From Malacoraja senta (lineage: Eukaryota), in contig CM075993.1 of NCBI GenBank assembly GCA_038087875.1, positions 6,512,001 to 6,576,000 of the forward strand: a stretch of DNA of 64,000 bases, given 5' to 3'. The notes below the pieces were generated by a model, which was not told where the DNA came from, did no database searches, and saw nothing but the letters and a program-made list of their open reading frames with translations. Positions 1 to 14,100 of the stretch are shown one piece after another (positions within the stretch are counted from its first letter, which is position 1; each line of letters opens with the position of its first letter). The translations under genes were made by a program, and so were the position numbers.

Positions 1-14
1 AACTCACCGTTATG
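1..14 (-). CDS. SEMA7A: SEMA7A-like copy B exon 5, first 14 nt (HNGE.., runs off the window)
   Basis: ttttacag| acceptor at 15-22, aligned with the copy A exon 5 acceptor and flanking intron. Confidence 0.65.
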
Positions 15-1602
15 CTGTAAAAGAAAGTAGTTTGATGGTTTTACCATTTAAATTTGATGGCCTTGCCTCTTTTCATTGACCAATAGACTCTGTGAGACGG
101 CAACACTTTGAGTGCTCAGGTCTCGACCCAAAACGTCACCCATTCCTTCTCTCCAGAGATACTGCCTGACCCATTGAGTTACCCCAGCATTTTGAGTCTA
201 TCTTCCTTTCTACACATTTCCTCGTTTAGTTTAATTTAGAGACACAGCGCGGAAACAAGCTCTTCGTCCCACCATGTCCCCGTCGACCAGCGATCCCCGC
301 ACACTAACATTATCCTATACGCACTAGGAACGATTTACAATTATACCAAAGCCAATTAACCTACAAACCGGCTCGTCTTTGGAGGGTGGGAGGAAACCGG
401 AGCTCCAGGAGAAAACTCACCCAGGTTACGGGGAGAACGTACAAACTCTGTACAGACAACACCTGTAGTTGGAATCGAACCTGTGTCTCTGGCGCTGTAA
501 GGCAGCAACTCTAACGCTGCGCCACCATGCCACCCTAAAATGCATATGGCGGGCATAGACTCAATGGGTCAAATGGCCTTTTTCCAATGTGCAACCTTTG
601 TGAATGTAATGTTCTTGGGTTAACTCCTCATCTTTAAACAGTGGCCAGGCCAGTAAATGGTGAGTTTGCTTGATCTCTGTGCGAAGATTTCCTGTAACTG
701 GGTTTCCTGTCTTCAAACAAATGTCGCCTGAAATCGCATTCTCGGAAATGGTGCAGTCTTTGTGAGTAAGTGAGAGATGAAACGTCGTCAGACATTTCAG
801 AGACTACGTCAATAGTGTATATCCGTTCAAATTGTTGCAAACAGGGTTAATAATGTACCCAGCAAAACACAAAGTGCTGGAGGAACTCAGCTGGTCAGGC
901 AGCATCTGTGGAGGGAACAGACTGACGATGTTTCGGGTCGGGACACTTCTTCAGACTGAAGTCGTTCTTCAGAACATTGAAGAAGTTCTCCCCCTCAGTC
1001 TGAAAAAGGGTCCCGAACCAAAACGTCACCAGCCCATTCTCTCCACAGATGCTGCCTGACTCACTGAGGTCATAAGTTCATGAGTGATAGGAGTAGAATT
1101 AGGCCATTCGGCTCATCAATTCTACTCTGCCATTCAATCATAGCTGATCTATCTCTCCCTCCTAACACCATTCTCCTGACTTCTCCCCATAACCCCTGAC
1201 ACCCGTACTAATCAATAATCCATCTATCTCTGCCTTAAAAAATATCCATCGTCTTGGCCTCCACAGCCTTCTGTGGCAATGAATCCCACAGATTCACCAC
1301 ACTCTGGCTAAAGAAATTCCTGCTCATCTCCTTCCTAAAGGAACGTCCTTTAATTCGGAGACAATGGCCTCTGGTCCTAGACTCTGCCACCAGTGGAGAC
1401 ATCCTCTCCACATCCACACTATCCAGGCCTTTCACTATGCCTCCAGCACTTTGAGTTTTATCTCAAGATTTCAGTGTCTGCAGCATCTTGCGTCTCCATG
1501 GTAATATTGCCACCATCTTGTTTCCATCTGCCTCCCCAAAACTTTAAGGTGTAAAGCACGATTCATATAAAGAAGTTGCAGAATTAGTCCACAGTTACTT
1601 AC

Positions 1603-1701
1603 CAACAGCCAGCATCGTGAGTTGGGCGAGTCAGTTGCACACACTAGGTGGTGACTTGTATTGAACCTCTGCAGGACCATGATATAATTCCCACAGGAAT
1701 C
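1603..1701 (-). CDS. SEMA7A: SEMA7A-like copy B exon 4 ([33 protein letters not shown])
   Basis: Paralog of 44615-44713, open frame, intact splice sites; 2 substitutions. Confidence 0.87.
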
Positions 1702-2726
1702 CTGGAATATAAAGGATATGATCAGTAACAGAGGCTAAACAATTGGTTCCTTTTGCATGCTGATATGGATCCAAGGAGAAGGTTTATTGAGAAATACCAA
1801 TTCAAGAAAACAGCTCCATTGGGAAGGGAAGGAGAGGTGGGGGCAGGACAAAGCCAAGCAAGTTGAGATTAGTCGCGTTAGATAGTTGAGTTAGTCAAGA
1901 GTTAGTTAGATTTATCTCTTAGGGCTAAGGGAATCAGGGGATATGGGGAGAAAGCAGGAACAGGGTACTGATTTTGGATGATCAGCCACTATCATATTGA
2001 ATGGTGGTGCTGGCTTGAAGGGCCGAATGGCCTATTCCTGCACCTATTTTCTATGGTTCCATGTTTCTAGATGGCTTGATAAATGGATTTTAAAGGTAGG
2101 AGTTATAGAGGGATTAAAAAAATAAAGTGAAGGGCCAAATGGTCGACTCCTACACCTATTTTCTATGGTTCTATGTTCTCTGTTGCTATGAGTTTAGTTT
2201 CGTTGAGGTTAGTTGAGTTTAGTTTATTGTCACGTGTACCGAGGTACAGTGAAGAGCTTTAGTTGCGGCTAACCAGTCAGCGGGGAGACAATACATGATT
2301 ACAATCGAGCCATTTACAGTGTACAGATAAAGGGAATAGCGTGAATAACATTTAGTGCAAGATAAAGTCCAGTAAAGTCCGATGAAAGATAGTCCAAGGG
2401 TCTCCAATGAGGTAGATGGTAGCTCAGTAGCCCGAGTGATAGGTGGATACAGATGAGGGGGCTGACTGGCAGACGGGTGAAGTGACAAAGGCTGGAGGTG
2501 AAACAGAGACAAAAGGGTGTCGGAAAGGGAGAGGAGGAGTGAAATGCTTTGGTTTGGTTCCAAGGAGAAAGTTTAATGACAAATACCCATTCATGAGAAC
2601 AGTGAGAGAGGGATGACATAAATACATGGTGCCGGGATCATCTTTGAGCCTTGTGCCAGGATATTGATTCCCCGCAGTGTCTAAACAAATGGACGCACTC
2701 CGAGCGATTCTGGAGCAGAAACTCAC

Positions 2727-2771
2727 CGAGTTTTGCCCTTGACATTTCTCAGCAACATCGGGCAGGTGGAT
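2727..2771 (-). CDS. SEMA7A: SEMA7A-like copy B exon 3 (IHLPDVAEKCQGQNS)
   Basis: Paralog of 45587-45631 with identical splice sites; 3 substitutions. Confidence 0.78.
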
Positions 2772-5186
2772 CTATAAGGTGAAGAGACAGGAAAAATGAT
2801 CACTACAGGACAATCCTCATTAATACAACACTGGGGCGTCACGGTGGCGCAGCGGGAGTGTTGCTGCCTTACAGTGCCTGCAGCGTCGGAGACCAGGGTT
2901 CGATCCCGTCTACGGGTGCTGTCTGTACGGAGTTTGTACGTTCTCCCTGTGACCTGCGTGGGTTTTCTCCGAGATTCCTCCCACACTCCAAAGACGTACA
3001 GGTTTGTAGGTTAATTGCCTTGTTATAAATGTAAAAAATTGTCCCTAGTGTGTGTGGGATAGTGTTAATGTGGGAGGAAACCGGAGCACCCGGAGGAAAC
3101 TCACAGGGAGAACGTGCAAACTCCGCACAGACAGCATCCGAGGTCAGGATCGAACCTGGGTCTCTGGTGCTGTGAGGCCGCAGCTCAACAGAAAGTTACC
3201 ATTATATGGTAAAACAGCGGGTCAGGCAGCATCTCTGGAGAGGAGGAATGGGTGACGTTTCGAGTCGAGACACTTCTTCAGACCCGAAACATCACCCATT
3301 CCTTCTCTCCAGAGATGCTGCCTGTCCCGCTGAGTTACTCCAGCATTTTGTGCCTACCTTCGGTGTAAACCAGCATCTGCAGTTCCTTCCTACACATGTT
3401 GTAACATATGTGGACAACACTAACCAATCATTAGTACTATGCTATTAGTACAATACTAACAAAACATAGCAATATATTAACAAAATTAATGCTGCTTTAT
3501 CACAGAAATCACGAGGTCATCGAAGATAGACACAAAATGCTGGAGTAACTCAGCGGGACAGGCAGCACCTCCTTCTGAAGAATGGTCTCGACCAGAAACA
3601 TCACCCATTCCTTCTCTGCAGAGATGCTGCCTGTCCCGCTGAGTTACTCCAGCATTTTGTGTCTATCTTAGGTGTAAACCAGCAACTGCAGTTCCTGCTT
3701 ACACAGTAGCCAGGTCATGTCTGGAGTATTAGAAGAGTATTACAAGCTTAGAATGTAAACAGCTGAACTTAAACTGGCAGCCAAGAGAAACATCCACTTC
3801 TAATCATAGCTTAAGGTCAGGGAGTTTTTTTTTACTATAAAAGGAACAAACAGATTTTAGATTAGGCTTTGTTCAGCTGTCAACACACCTGCAGGAGTCA
3901 ACAGTCACCCCAAGGACATCTATTTTCTGTCAATTATTGAATGCTGCATTATCTAGCTCTTATGCCTTTGATTCAAATAATTTAGTTGGGAGAGAAAATG
4001 CTACACTGTTTCAAGAATAACTCTGCCCACCCTTATCTTAGAATGTACATTGGTGCAAGTTCCTTTCTCTGAAACACATTGTTCCCAAATCTTGTTCATG
4101 TCTGAAAACACAGTGGTCCGTGAACATAACACTTCCAAAAGCACTGACTATTAAACCAACCAAACAGCCAATATTTTGAACAAAAAAGGCACAAAGTGCT
4201 GGAGTAACTCAGCGGGTCAGGCAGCATCTCTGGAGAAGTGACCTTTCTGGTCAGGACCCTTCTTCAGACATTTCTTCAAGTTGCTGTCTGACCCACTGAG
4301 CCACTTTGTGTCTCTTTTTTTTGCAAGCCAACATCTGCAGTACCTTGTGTTAAAGAAGGAACTGCAGATGCTGGAAAATCGAAGGTACACAAAAATGCTG
4401 GAGAAACTCAGCGGGTGCAGCAGCATCTATGGAGCGAAGGAAATAGGCAACGTTTCGGGCCGAAACCCTTCTTCAGACTTCTTCAACATCTGCAGTACCT
4501 TGTTTCTACCGCTAATATTTTGATTCTAGACCAAGACGCAGCGGTAGAGTTGCTGCCTTGCAGCGCCAGAGACCCGGGTTCGATCCTGACTATGGGTGCT
4601 GTCTGTACGGAGTTTGTACGTTCTCCCCGTGACCTGCATGGGTTTTCTCCAAGATCTTCGATTTCCTCCCACACTCCAAAGACGTACAAGTTTGTAGGTT
4701 AATTGGCTTGGTATAAATGTAAATTGTCCCTAGTGTGTGTAGGATAGTGTTAATGTGTGGAGATCGCTGGTTGGTACAGACTCGGTGGGCCAATGAGCCT
4801 GTTTCCGCGCTGTATCTCGAAACTAAACTGAACTAAACTAAAAAGGCACAAACTGCTGGAGTAACTCAGCGGGTCAAGCAGCATCTCTGGAGATGTGACC
4901 TTTTGGGTCGGGACCCTTCTTCAGACTCTTCTTCAAGGTGCTGCCTGACCCACTGAGTCAACTCAGCACTGTGTCTTTATTTTTTGTTAGCTAACATCTG
5001 CAGCACCTTCTTTTCACAGCCAATATTTTGACTCAAGACCAACTGAAATTAATTTAAACCAAGTGAAAGGAATGTGTAGCGGATTCACAACAACCCCATA
5101 CGTTTATGAGCCAAACATAAAGTGCTGGAGGAACTCAGCGGGTCAGGCAGCATCTGGGGAGGGAATGGACAGGTGATGTTTCGGGT

Positions 5187-5552
5187 CAAGTCAAGTCAAG
5201 TCACTTTTATTTCTATAGCACATTTAAAAAACAACTCTCGTTGACCAAAGTGCTTTACATTGGTGGAGGTACTAATGTTATACAACAGTGGTTCATAGAT
5301 TAAGTACATACATAAATACATACATATAGCCCGCCCTCAGAGGACGTCAAGAAAGGCTTGAGAGTAAAGATGAGTTTTAAGTCTCGACTTAAAGGAGTCG
5401 ATGGAGGGGGAAGTTCTGATGGGAAGAGGGATGCTGTTCCACAGTCTAGGAGCTGCAACCACAAAGGCGCGGTCGCCCCTGAGCTTATGCCTAGACAGCG
5501 GGATGGTCAGTAACCCCAAGTTGGCCGATCTGAGGGACCTGGAGGTGGTGTG
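5187..5552 (-). mobile_element. L2 3' fragment (copy B only)
   Basis: [15 protein letters not shown]...FKSRLKTHLY; (GACTT)n tail. Confidence 0.8.
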
Positions 5553-6380
5553 GTGGTTCAGGACCCTTCTTCTGACTGATTAGAGTAATAATAATAATAA
5601 TAATGCATTTTATTTGCTGGCGCCTTTCTGGACACCCAAGGACACCTTACAGGACATAAAATCACCAAAAATACCAAGGTCTCAAGGACACCTTACAGAG
5701 ACCAACAAATAAGAAACACATAATCGGAATAAAATAAATTATAAAGACACCACAATACACAAATCAAGGACAGAATTCATTCCAAAGGCACAAAAAAGAA
5801 AATCAGAAACACAATTTGAGGAGAGAGCAGCGGCAGCCAAACCGCGCCAGCGTCCACTCTCCCCTCCGACCGCCATCTTGAACACAGACCAACAAAGACA
5901 CAAGTAAGGGGGAAGAATGCTGGAAAAGAGAGGTGGGGGCAGGACAAAGCCTGGCAAGTTGAGTTTAGTGGAGTTTAGTTTGTTGTTACGTGTAACGAGG
6001 TACGGTGAAAAGCTTTTGTTGCGTGCTAACCAGGCAGCGGAAAGACAATAAATGTTCATGACCGAGCCATGAAGAAGGGTCTCGACCCGAAACGTCGCCC
6101 ATTCATTCTCTCCAGAGATGTTGCCTGTCCCACTGAGTTACTCCAGCATTTTGTGTCTATCTTCGAGCCATTTACAGTGTACATATACATGATAAAGGGA
6201 ATAGCGTGAATAACATTTAGTGCAAGATAAAGTCCAGTAAAGTCCGATGAAAGATAATCCGAGGGTCTCCAACGAGGTAGATGGTAGCTCAGTAGCCCGA
6301 GTGATAGGTGGATACAGATGAGGGGGCTGACTGGCAGATGGGTGAAGTGACAAAGGCTGGAGGTGAAACGCAGGCAAAAC

Positions 6381-6766
6381 CAAAGATCCTATAGCAAGCA
6401 AGATAGACCACTCCTGCTAAATGCAATGGGCTGACGTGTAGTACGCAACGGAACGTGGGCCTTTTTTTCATCCATTTTCATAACCGGACCCGACCCGACC
6501 AGCAGTGTAATCAACGTTGCAGGGGAACAGTTTGTGTTAATAAATTAAAATTCTGAAAATGAGAAGATTTCTACCAAATAACTTTTATTTTTACGAGGAT
6601 GTTTCCGTAACCGGCTTCCGTCTCCGCACTATTATCCTATGGGATCTTTGGTGCGGAGACGGAAGCCGGTTACGGAAATGGGGCCTTAAATTACCCATGA
6701 ATCTGCCCATGACCGTACTACGTCTTTTTCGTCGAGTGGACTATCTTGCTCGCTATAGGATCTTTG
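6381..6766. mobile_element. Non-autonomous DNA transposon (MITE; CA..TG ends, possibly P-like)
   Basis: About 33-bp TIR CAAAGATCCTATAGC(A/G)AGCAAGATAG.CCACTC; 8-bp TSD GGCAAAAC/GGCAAAAA; empty site in copy A at about 47964. Confidence 0.85.
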
Positions 6767-7324
6767 GGCAAAAAGGTGTCGGAAAGGGAGAGGAGGGAGT
6801 GAAATGTAAAGCTGGCGGGAGGAATGTGGGTTGAAAGGGATGGAGGAAGGGGAAAGAGGAGTGGCAGGAAAAGAAATCAAAGCCCTGGGGATGGGAGACC
6901 AGTGTAGAATAAAGTGGAAAGAGGCAGGGTGACTGTGGAGGCTGGTGAGAGATAGTGGGAGAAATGGGAGCACACCAGAGTGGGGATATGGGAAAGATAA
7001 GGGCATGGGGGGTGGGGGGAGGGGTATACCCCTCCATTTTGTTGCAGGCTACCCTGTGATGTTTAGTTTAATTTAGAGATACAGCGCGGAAACAGGGCCT
7101 TTCGGCCTAACGTGTCGGCACCGACCAGCGATCCCCGCACATCAACACTATTCCCACACACACTAGGGACAATTTTACATTTGTACCAAGCCAATTATCC
7201 TGTACGTCTTTGGAGTGTGGGAGGAAACAGGAGATGTCAGAGAAAACCCACGCAGGTCACGGGGAGAACATGCAAGCTCCTTACACGCAGCACCTGTAGT
7301 CGGGATCGAACCCGGGTCTCTGGC

Positions 7325-7650
7325 TTGTTCCTCCAGTTTGCGCGTGGCCTCACTCTGGCAATGGAGATGGCCCAGGACAGAAAGGTCAGTGTGGGAATGG
7401 GAAGGGGAGATAAAATGGTTAAAAGAGGAGATCCAGCAGGCCTTGGCGGACCAAGAGCCAGTGTTCAGCAAAATGGTCATCGAGTCTACGCTTGGTCTCG
7501 CCGATGTACATTAGGAACATCAAATTCCATCTCCAGACCTGCTGAGTTCCTTCCAAACACTTTGTTATTGGCTCATAAATGTGTGGGGTACGAAGAATGG
7601 TCCTGACCCGAAACATCACCGATCCATGTTCTCCAGATCGCCCTGACGTG
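7325..7650 (-). mobile_element. Penelope-like element remnant (GIY-YIG endonuclease)
   Basis: YIGETKRRL.DHFAEH ... NHF.SPSHSH.DLSVLG...EATRKLEEQ. Confidence 0.75.
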
Positions 7651-10145
7651 GAGGGCTCGATCACCGGCTACGGGAGCCAAGATCGTCCCATCAACGGAAG
7701 GCTCGAGGCCCCCGACCACGGGAGAACAAAGAAGGGAAGAGATTGAACTTTTTTTCGCCTTCCACCACAGTGAGGATACTTCTTCATCTTGCGTATGGCG
7801 TGCACAGCCTAAAGTTGTAGGACATCTTGTTCTATTTGATCTTATTTGATGGTGCACGCCGGGTTGATTGCATTCGTCGAGACAGGCCGGACCAAGTGAA
7901 GGTTGCAATCTTCCACCCCCCCAATGAGGAATGTGGAGGAGTCACTGTGGTGGATGTTTAGGTTAAAATGTATTTTGTGTTGGTCTGTTGCATTTGTTTG
8001 GTAGAACTGTATGGCAAATGTACTTTCCCATATGTTGCAAAACATACTTGGCTAATAAAGTATGATTATGACTATGATTCTTATTACATAAATGTGTGGG
8101 ATTGTTATGAATACTCTGAATGTTCTGATCGCTTGGTTTAAATTGATTTCAGGTGGTCTCGAGTCAAAATATTGCAGTTATCTGCATTCTTTTGTCTCCA
8201 GACACTCGCACGTCTTTCTTTCATTTATCCCTCTCTCCTTTGAAGGTTGATTAAAGTCTGTATTACGAGCCTAAACCTGTAATTTATTAACATCCAGCTG
8301 AGTGCCTTTGGGCATTCCACATTTCCACAAGGAAAAAAAATGACACAAAGTGCTGGAGTAACTCAGCTGGTCAGGCACTATCTCTGGAGAACATGTCTAG
8401 GCTAAGTCTCAGCAGGTAAACCGGCATCTGCGGTTCCTTGTTTCCTCCTTCTCAACAACCTTGCCCCACTCAGTCTTAGTTTAGTTTAGAGATACAGTGC
8501 AGAAACAGGCACTTAGCCCCACCGGGTCTGCGCCGACCAGTGTTCCCCGCACACTTACACTATCCTACACACACCAGGGACGATTTTACACTTATACCGA
8601 GCCAATTAACCTACAAATTAACCTACAAACCTGTACGTCTTTGGAGTGTGGGGGGAAACCAGAGATCCCGGAGAAAACCCACGCTGGTCACGGGGAGAAC
8701 GTACAAACTCCACACAGACAGCACCCGTAGTCGGGATCAAACCCGGGTCTCTGGCGCTGTAAGGCAGCAACTCTACTGCTGCGCCAACAGGGCCACCCCT
8801 ATGCCTTTTTCCCTGTTGTAGTAACTTGTTTTCACTCAGTTCTCCAGACTCAGGCTTTTCCAAACAGACTTGTACGGTTTCAGACAGATTCCTTTCTTCT
8901 TTTCTGTCTCCCTTGTGGTTAATGACAATGAGCAGACTTGGGATATCAAAGTGATTTGTTGCCTAAGGTTTGCAGTTGGAATGTAGACTTTAGTTGTCAA
9001 TGTTCATCGTGTCATAGGAGCAGAATTAGGCCATTCGGCCCATCGAGACTACTCCACCTTTCAATCATGGCTGATCTATCTTTCCCTCCAAACCCCATTC
9101 TCCTGCCTTCTTCCCATAACCCCTGACACCCGTACTAATCAAGAATCTATCAATCTTTGCCTTAAAAATACCCAATGACTTGGCCTCCATCTCTGTTGAG
9201 GTCAGGATAATGGGAAGTAACATTTGCAACATACAAACGTCTTAAGAGACTTGCCCAAGGTTATGACCGATTCACCTCAATCCCATTGGTCTTTGGTCTT
9301 TGTATACTGAACTAGTGCGCTACAATGCTGAGAACTATATTCTGCACTCTGTATCTTCCCCTTTGCTCTACCCATTGTACTTGAGGTGACCTGATTGTTT
9401 TTTCTCCGACTTCAAGCAACCCCTGCATCCCTTCTCTCTCCGTCCCTCACCCACCCAAGTCATCGTACTGGTTTCAAAGTCTTCCTCTTGAGTCTCATTG
9501 CCTGTAACTCGTTCTCACCTCGCCCACAGCTGATGTTTCCTTTATCATCGTTACTTTTTGCATATCTTTCATTCATTTTTTCTATATCTCTCGAAATCAC
9601 CGTCTATATCTCTCGTTTCGCTTTCCCCGACTCTCAGTCCTAAGAAGGGTCTCGACCCGAACGTCACCCATTCCTTCCCTCCAGAGATGCTGCCTGTCTC
9701 GCTGAGTTACTCCAGCTTTTTGTGTCTATCTTCGGTTTAAACCAGCATCTGCAGTTCCTTCCTGCACAATTCCCCAGAGATGCTGCCTGACCCGCTGAGT
9801 TACTCCAGCACTCTGTGTCTTCTTGTGTAAACCAGTATCTGCAGTTCCTTGGCTTTCTAACCCGCGGTGTACAAGAATGCCCGCGAAGCATTTCACCTTC
9901 ACATTCTTACACTTTCCGAAATTACGTGCAATTATTTGCCGGGACATGTGTCCCCTGTGCAAGTTGAAACATTGCTGGTTTAAACTGAAGGTAAACACAA
10001 AAAGCTGGAGTAACTCATCGGGTCAAACAGCATCTCTGGAGAAAAGGAATAGGTGACCTTTCTGGTCGAGACCCTTCTTCAGACTGAGAGTCAGGGGAAA
10101 GGGAAACGAGAGATATAGACAGTGATATAGAGAGATATACATACA

Positions 10146-11155
10146 TCTATATAACTAAAAGTCTCATCTTGACCACTTCCTGTCTGCGCTGTATATTGAT
10201 TTTAGAAAAAACGCTACCCTATAACGCTATGTTTTTTGGCCATCTTACTCACAGTCTTCCTCCACTGAGGCAGCCCCGAGAATTCTTCCGATCGATGAAA
10301 AATAAAAAAGTTATGCGAGTTAAAAAAATCTTGAGATTAGCTGATTGGTCCTCTCGCCTGTCAATCATCACGATGAAGGTAACACCCCTTCCGGGGGGGG
10401 GGGGGGTGGGGCAGGAATATAAAACCCCGGATGCCTGGACGTGAGTCAGTCACTCTGGAAGATCACGAGGGAGAGGTCACATTGTGATTCTAAGCTCAAC
10501 TGAACTGTGAGTCTGCAATGTACTTGCAATAACTGATTTGTTAGCCCTTAATGACAATGCCATGAGTTGCTTGGCCTGCACTGCCTGTGCTTGAAACTGC
10601 AATGCAAAATTGGAAATGAAATGACAATGCCATGAGTTGTTTGGCCTGCCCTGCCTGTGCTTGAAACTGCAATGCAAAATTGGAAATGAAATGACAATGC
10701 CATGAGTTGTTTGGTCTGCCCTGCCCTGCCTGTGCTTTGAAACTGCAATGCAAAATTGGAAGTGAAATGGCAATGCCTTGAGTTGTTTGGCCTGCACTGC
10801 CTGTGCTTGAAACTGCAATGCAAAATTGGAAATGAAATGACAATGCCATGAGTTGTTTGGCCTGCCCTGCCTGTGCTTGAAACTGCAATGCAAAATTGGA
10901 AATGAAATGACAATGCCATGAGTTGTTTGGCCTGCCCTGCCTGTGCTTGAAACTGCAATGCAAAATTGAAAATGAAATGACAATGCACTGAATTGTTTGG
11001 CCTGCCCTGTGCTTGAAATGGATTGACTTGACTTGAAATGGATTGACTTGACTTGAAATGTATCTAATTCACTTGAAATTGATTGACTTGACTTGACTTG
11101 AAATGGATTGACTTGACTTGACTTGAAATGGATTGACTTGACTTGAAAAGGATTG
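10146..11155 (+). mobile_element. Possible non-autonomous Helitron carrying a minisatellite
   Basis: A|TCTATATAACTAAAA 5' end typical of Helitrons; no convincing 3' hairpin/CTAG found. Confidence 0.4.
10550..11015. repeat. 70-bp minisatellite, about 6.5 copies, followed by TTGAC-rich repeats to 11155
   Basis: Unit ATGACAATGCCATGAGTTGTTTGGCCTGCCCTGCCTGTGCTTGAAACTGCAATGCAAAATTGGAAATGAA at 10551, 10621, 10691, ... Confidence 0.95.
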
Positions 11156-14100
11156 AATATGGGATATCATAGAACTAGTGGTAATGGGTGATTGATGGTC
11201 GGCATGGACTCAGTTGCCAAAGGGCTGTATCAATAGACATAGGTGCAGGAGTAGGCCATTTGGCCCTTCAAGCCAGCACTGCCATTCAGTGATCATGGCT
11301 GATAATCCACAATCAGTACCCTGTTCCTGCCTTCTCCCCATATCCCTTGACTCCGCTATCTTTAAGAGCTCTATCCAACTCTCTCTTGAAAGCATCCAGA
11401 GAATTGGCCTCCACAGCCTTCTGAGGCAGAGAATTCCACAGATTCACAACTCTCTGGGTGAAAAAGTTTTTCCTCATCTCCGTTCTAAATGGCCCACCCC
11501 TTATTCTTAAACTGTAAACTATAGAACAAATGAATGAAAGATATGCATAAAAGTAACGATGATAAAGGAAACAGGCCATTGCTAATCGTGGGCAAGGTGC
11601 AACGAGTTACAGGCAAGTTGAAATTCCAGATCTCAGGAAAACAATTATTTACCGTAATGAAAATCAAGGAATGCTTAAGAAGGAGCAGCCACACGTAATT
11701 TGTTTTGATGCAGATTGTTTTTCCCGTCTAGTCTATATGAATGCCTGAGGTGGGCAGAGTGCCACACTAATGGGCACTGTCGGTAAAAGTCTCCATCAAC
11801 ACAGGAATAGAGTTAAAAACAAAGTCATTCTTACTGGCAAAGAATTTTACTTCGTCAATTAAATCCTTGGTCGGCACAGCGGTTACAGTAAAATGAGCGG
11901 CGTAGACAATCGCTGACAATACAAAGTGCTGGGGTACATTAGCTGGCCAGGCAGCATCTCTGGAGCAGATGCAGAAACTAGGAACTGTAGATGCTGGTGC
12001 AGAAACTAGGAACTGTAGATGCTGGTTAACGCCCAAAAGGACACAAAGTGCTGGAGTAACTCAGCGGGCCAGGCAGCATCTCTGGAGCAGATGCAGAAAC
12101 TAGGAACTGTAGATGCAAGAATCCAAGATGGAGCCCAGCCTAGGTGACTATTTGCATGCTCGCCACAGAAGCAGATCTACAAACTCATATTGCAATCGTT
12201 CCACACTCTTAAATCTCTACTTCTGTGATCGTTAAACATTATTCCCTTATCATGTATCTATACACTGTAAATGGATCGATTGAAATCATGTATTGTCTTT
12301 CCGCTGACTGGTTGGCACGCAACAAATGCTTTTCACTGTACCTCGGTACACGTGACAATAAACTAAACTGAACTGAACTGAACTGGTTAACACAAAAGGA
12401 CACAAAGTGCTGGTGTAACTCAGCGGGCCAGCCAGCATCTCTAGAGGACATGGACAGGTGATGTTTTGTGGTCGAGACCCTTCTTCAGACTGATTGTAGG
12501 GTGAGGGGGGGGGGGGGTGGATGTGGTTATCTTTTTTATTTCTTTAAGCTCGTTTCATATCTCTTTTGTTCTGCATGCGAGTGTATTAATAGCATGTCTA
12601 AAGAGTTTTTTTTAACAGGTTCAATGTGTGACTGATAATATCAAGCTTTCTGTTGTTGACCCACCAAAATATGGGTCGGGGAGAGAGGCGACAACTTCAA
12701 GTTCTTGGGCGTGCATATCTCTCAAGAACTGTCCTGGTCCCAGCACATGATGCCTCTACTTCCTCTGAAGATTGAAGAGATTCAGTATGTTGACAAATAA
12801 TCTCATGACCCACCACAGGCGTATGATAGAGAGCATATTGGTCGCATCAAGGCCTGGTTCGGCAACTCGGATGTCCAGGGACAAAGGAGATTACAGAGAA
12901 TGGTGGACACTGCCCGGTCCATCACGGCTACTCATCTCCCACCATCCAAGTTTTGTTTAGTTTAAAGATAGGGCGCGGAAACAGGCCCTTCGACACCACC
13001 GAGTCCACACCGAACAGCGGGCCCCGCACACTAACACTATCCTAAACACACACACACACACACACTCAGGGCAATTTACAATTATACCAAGCCAATTAAG
13101 CTATAAACCTGTATGTCTTTGGAGTGTGGGAGGAAACCGAAGGTCCCGGAGAAAGCCCACGCAGGTCACGGGGAGAATAGACAATAGACAATAGATGCAG
13201 GAGTAGGCCATTCGGCACTTCGAGCCAGCACCGCCATTCAATGTGATCATGGCTGATCATCCACGTTCCTGCCTTCTCCCCATATCCCTGACTCCGCTAC
13301 CTTTAAGAGCCTTATCTAGCTCTCTTTTGAATCCAGAGAACCGGCCTCCACCGCCCTCTGAGAAGGTACACACTCCAAAGACATACAGGTTTGCAGGTTA
13401 ATTGGCTTGGTAAAATTATAAATTGTTACTAGTGTGTGTAGGGTAGCGTTAATGTGCGGGGATCGCTGGTCGGCGCGGACTCGGTGGGCCGAGGGGCCTG
13501 TTCCGCGCTGTATCGCTAAACTAAACTAAACTAAACTCAGCGGGTCAGGCTGCATCTGTGGAGGGAAAGGACAGGTGACGTTTCGGGATGGGACCCTTCT
13601 TCAGATGGATTGTAGTCAGCACAGGAAGCTGGGGAGGGGTGGGGACAAGTCACAGGTGGGTACAGGTGAGAGGAATTTAATTTAAAATCTGCATCCACCT
13701 ATCACTTGTGTTGGAAGGAACTGCAGATGCTGGTTTAAATCGAAGACAGACACAAAATGCTGGAGTAACTCAGCAGGACAGGCAGCAACTCTGGAGGGAA
13801 GGAATGGGTGACGTTTCGGGACGAAACGTCACCCATTCCTTCTCTCCAGAGATGCTGCCTGTCCTGCTGAGTTACTCCAGCATTTTGTGACTATCCACCT
13901 ATCACTTGCCAGGCTTTGCCCCACCACCACGTTCGATTTCCAGCTTTAACTCCACCCCCTCCACCACAATCAGTCTGAAGAGGGTCTCGACCCAAAACGT
14001 CACCTGTCCATGTTCTCCAGAGATGCTGCCTGACCCGCTGAGTTACTCCAGCACTCTATGCGTTTTAGCTCAAGATTCCTGCATCCGCAGTCCTTTGAGC

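Noticed and set aside
10550..11015. CRISPR-like regular repeat array and three long minus-strand ORFs
   Set aside because: Units are contiguous with no unique spacers, there are no cas genes, and the context is vertebrate; the ORFs are a by-product of a stop-free repeat.
11767..12036. 89-aa minus-strand ORF in unique-looking sequence as an extra exon
   Set aside because: Begins in a Penelope repeat, has no Sema similarity, no donor before the stop, and is absent from copy A.
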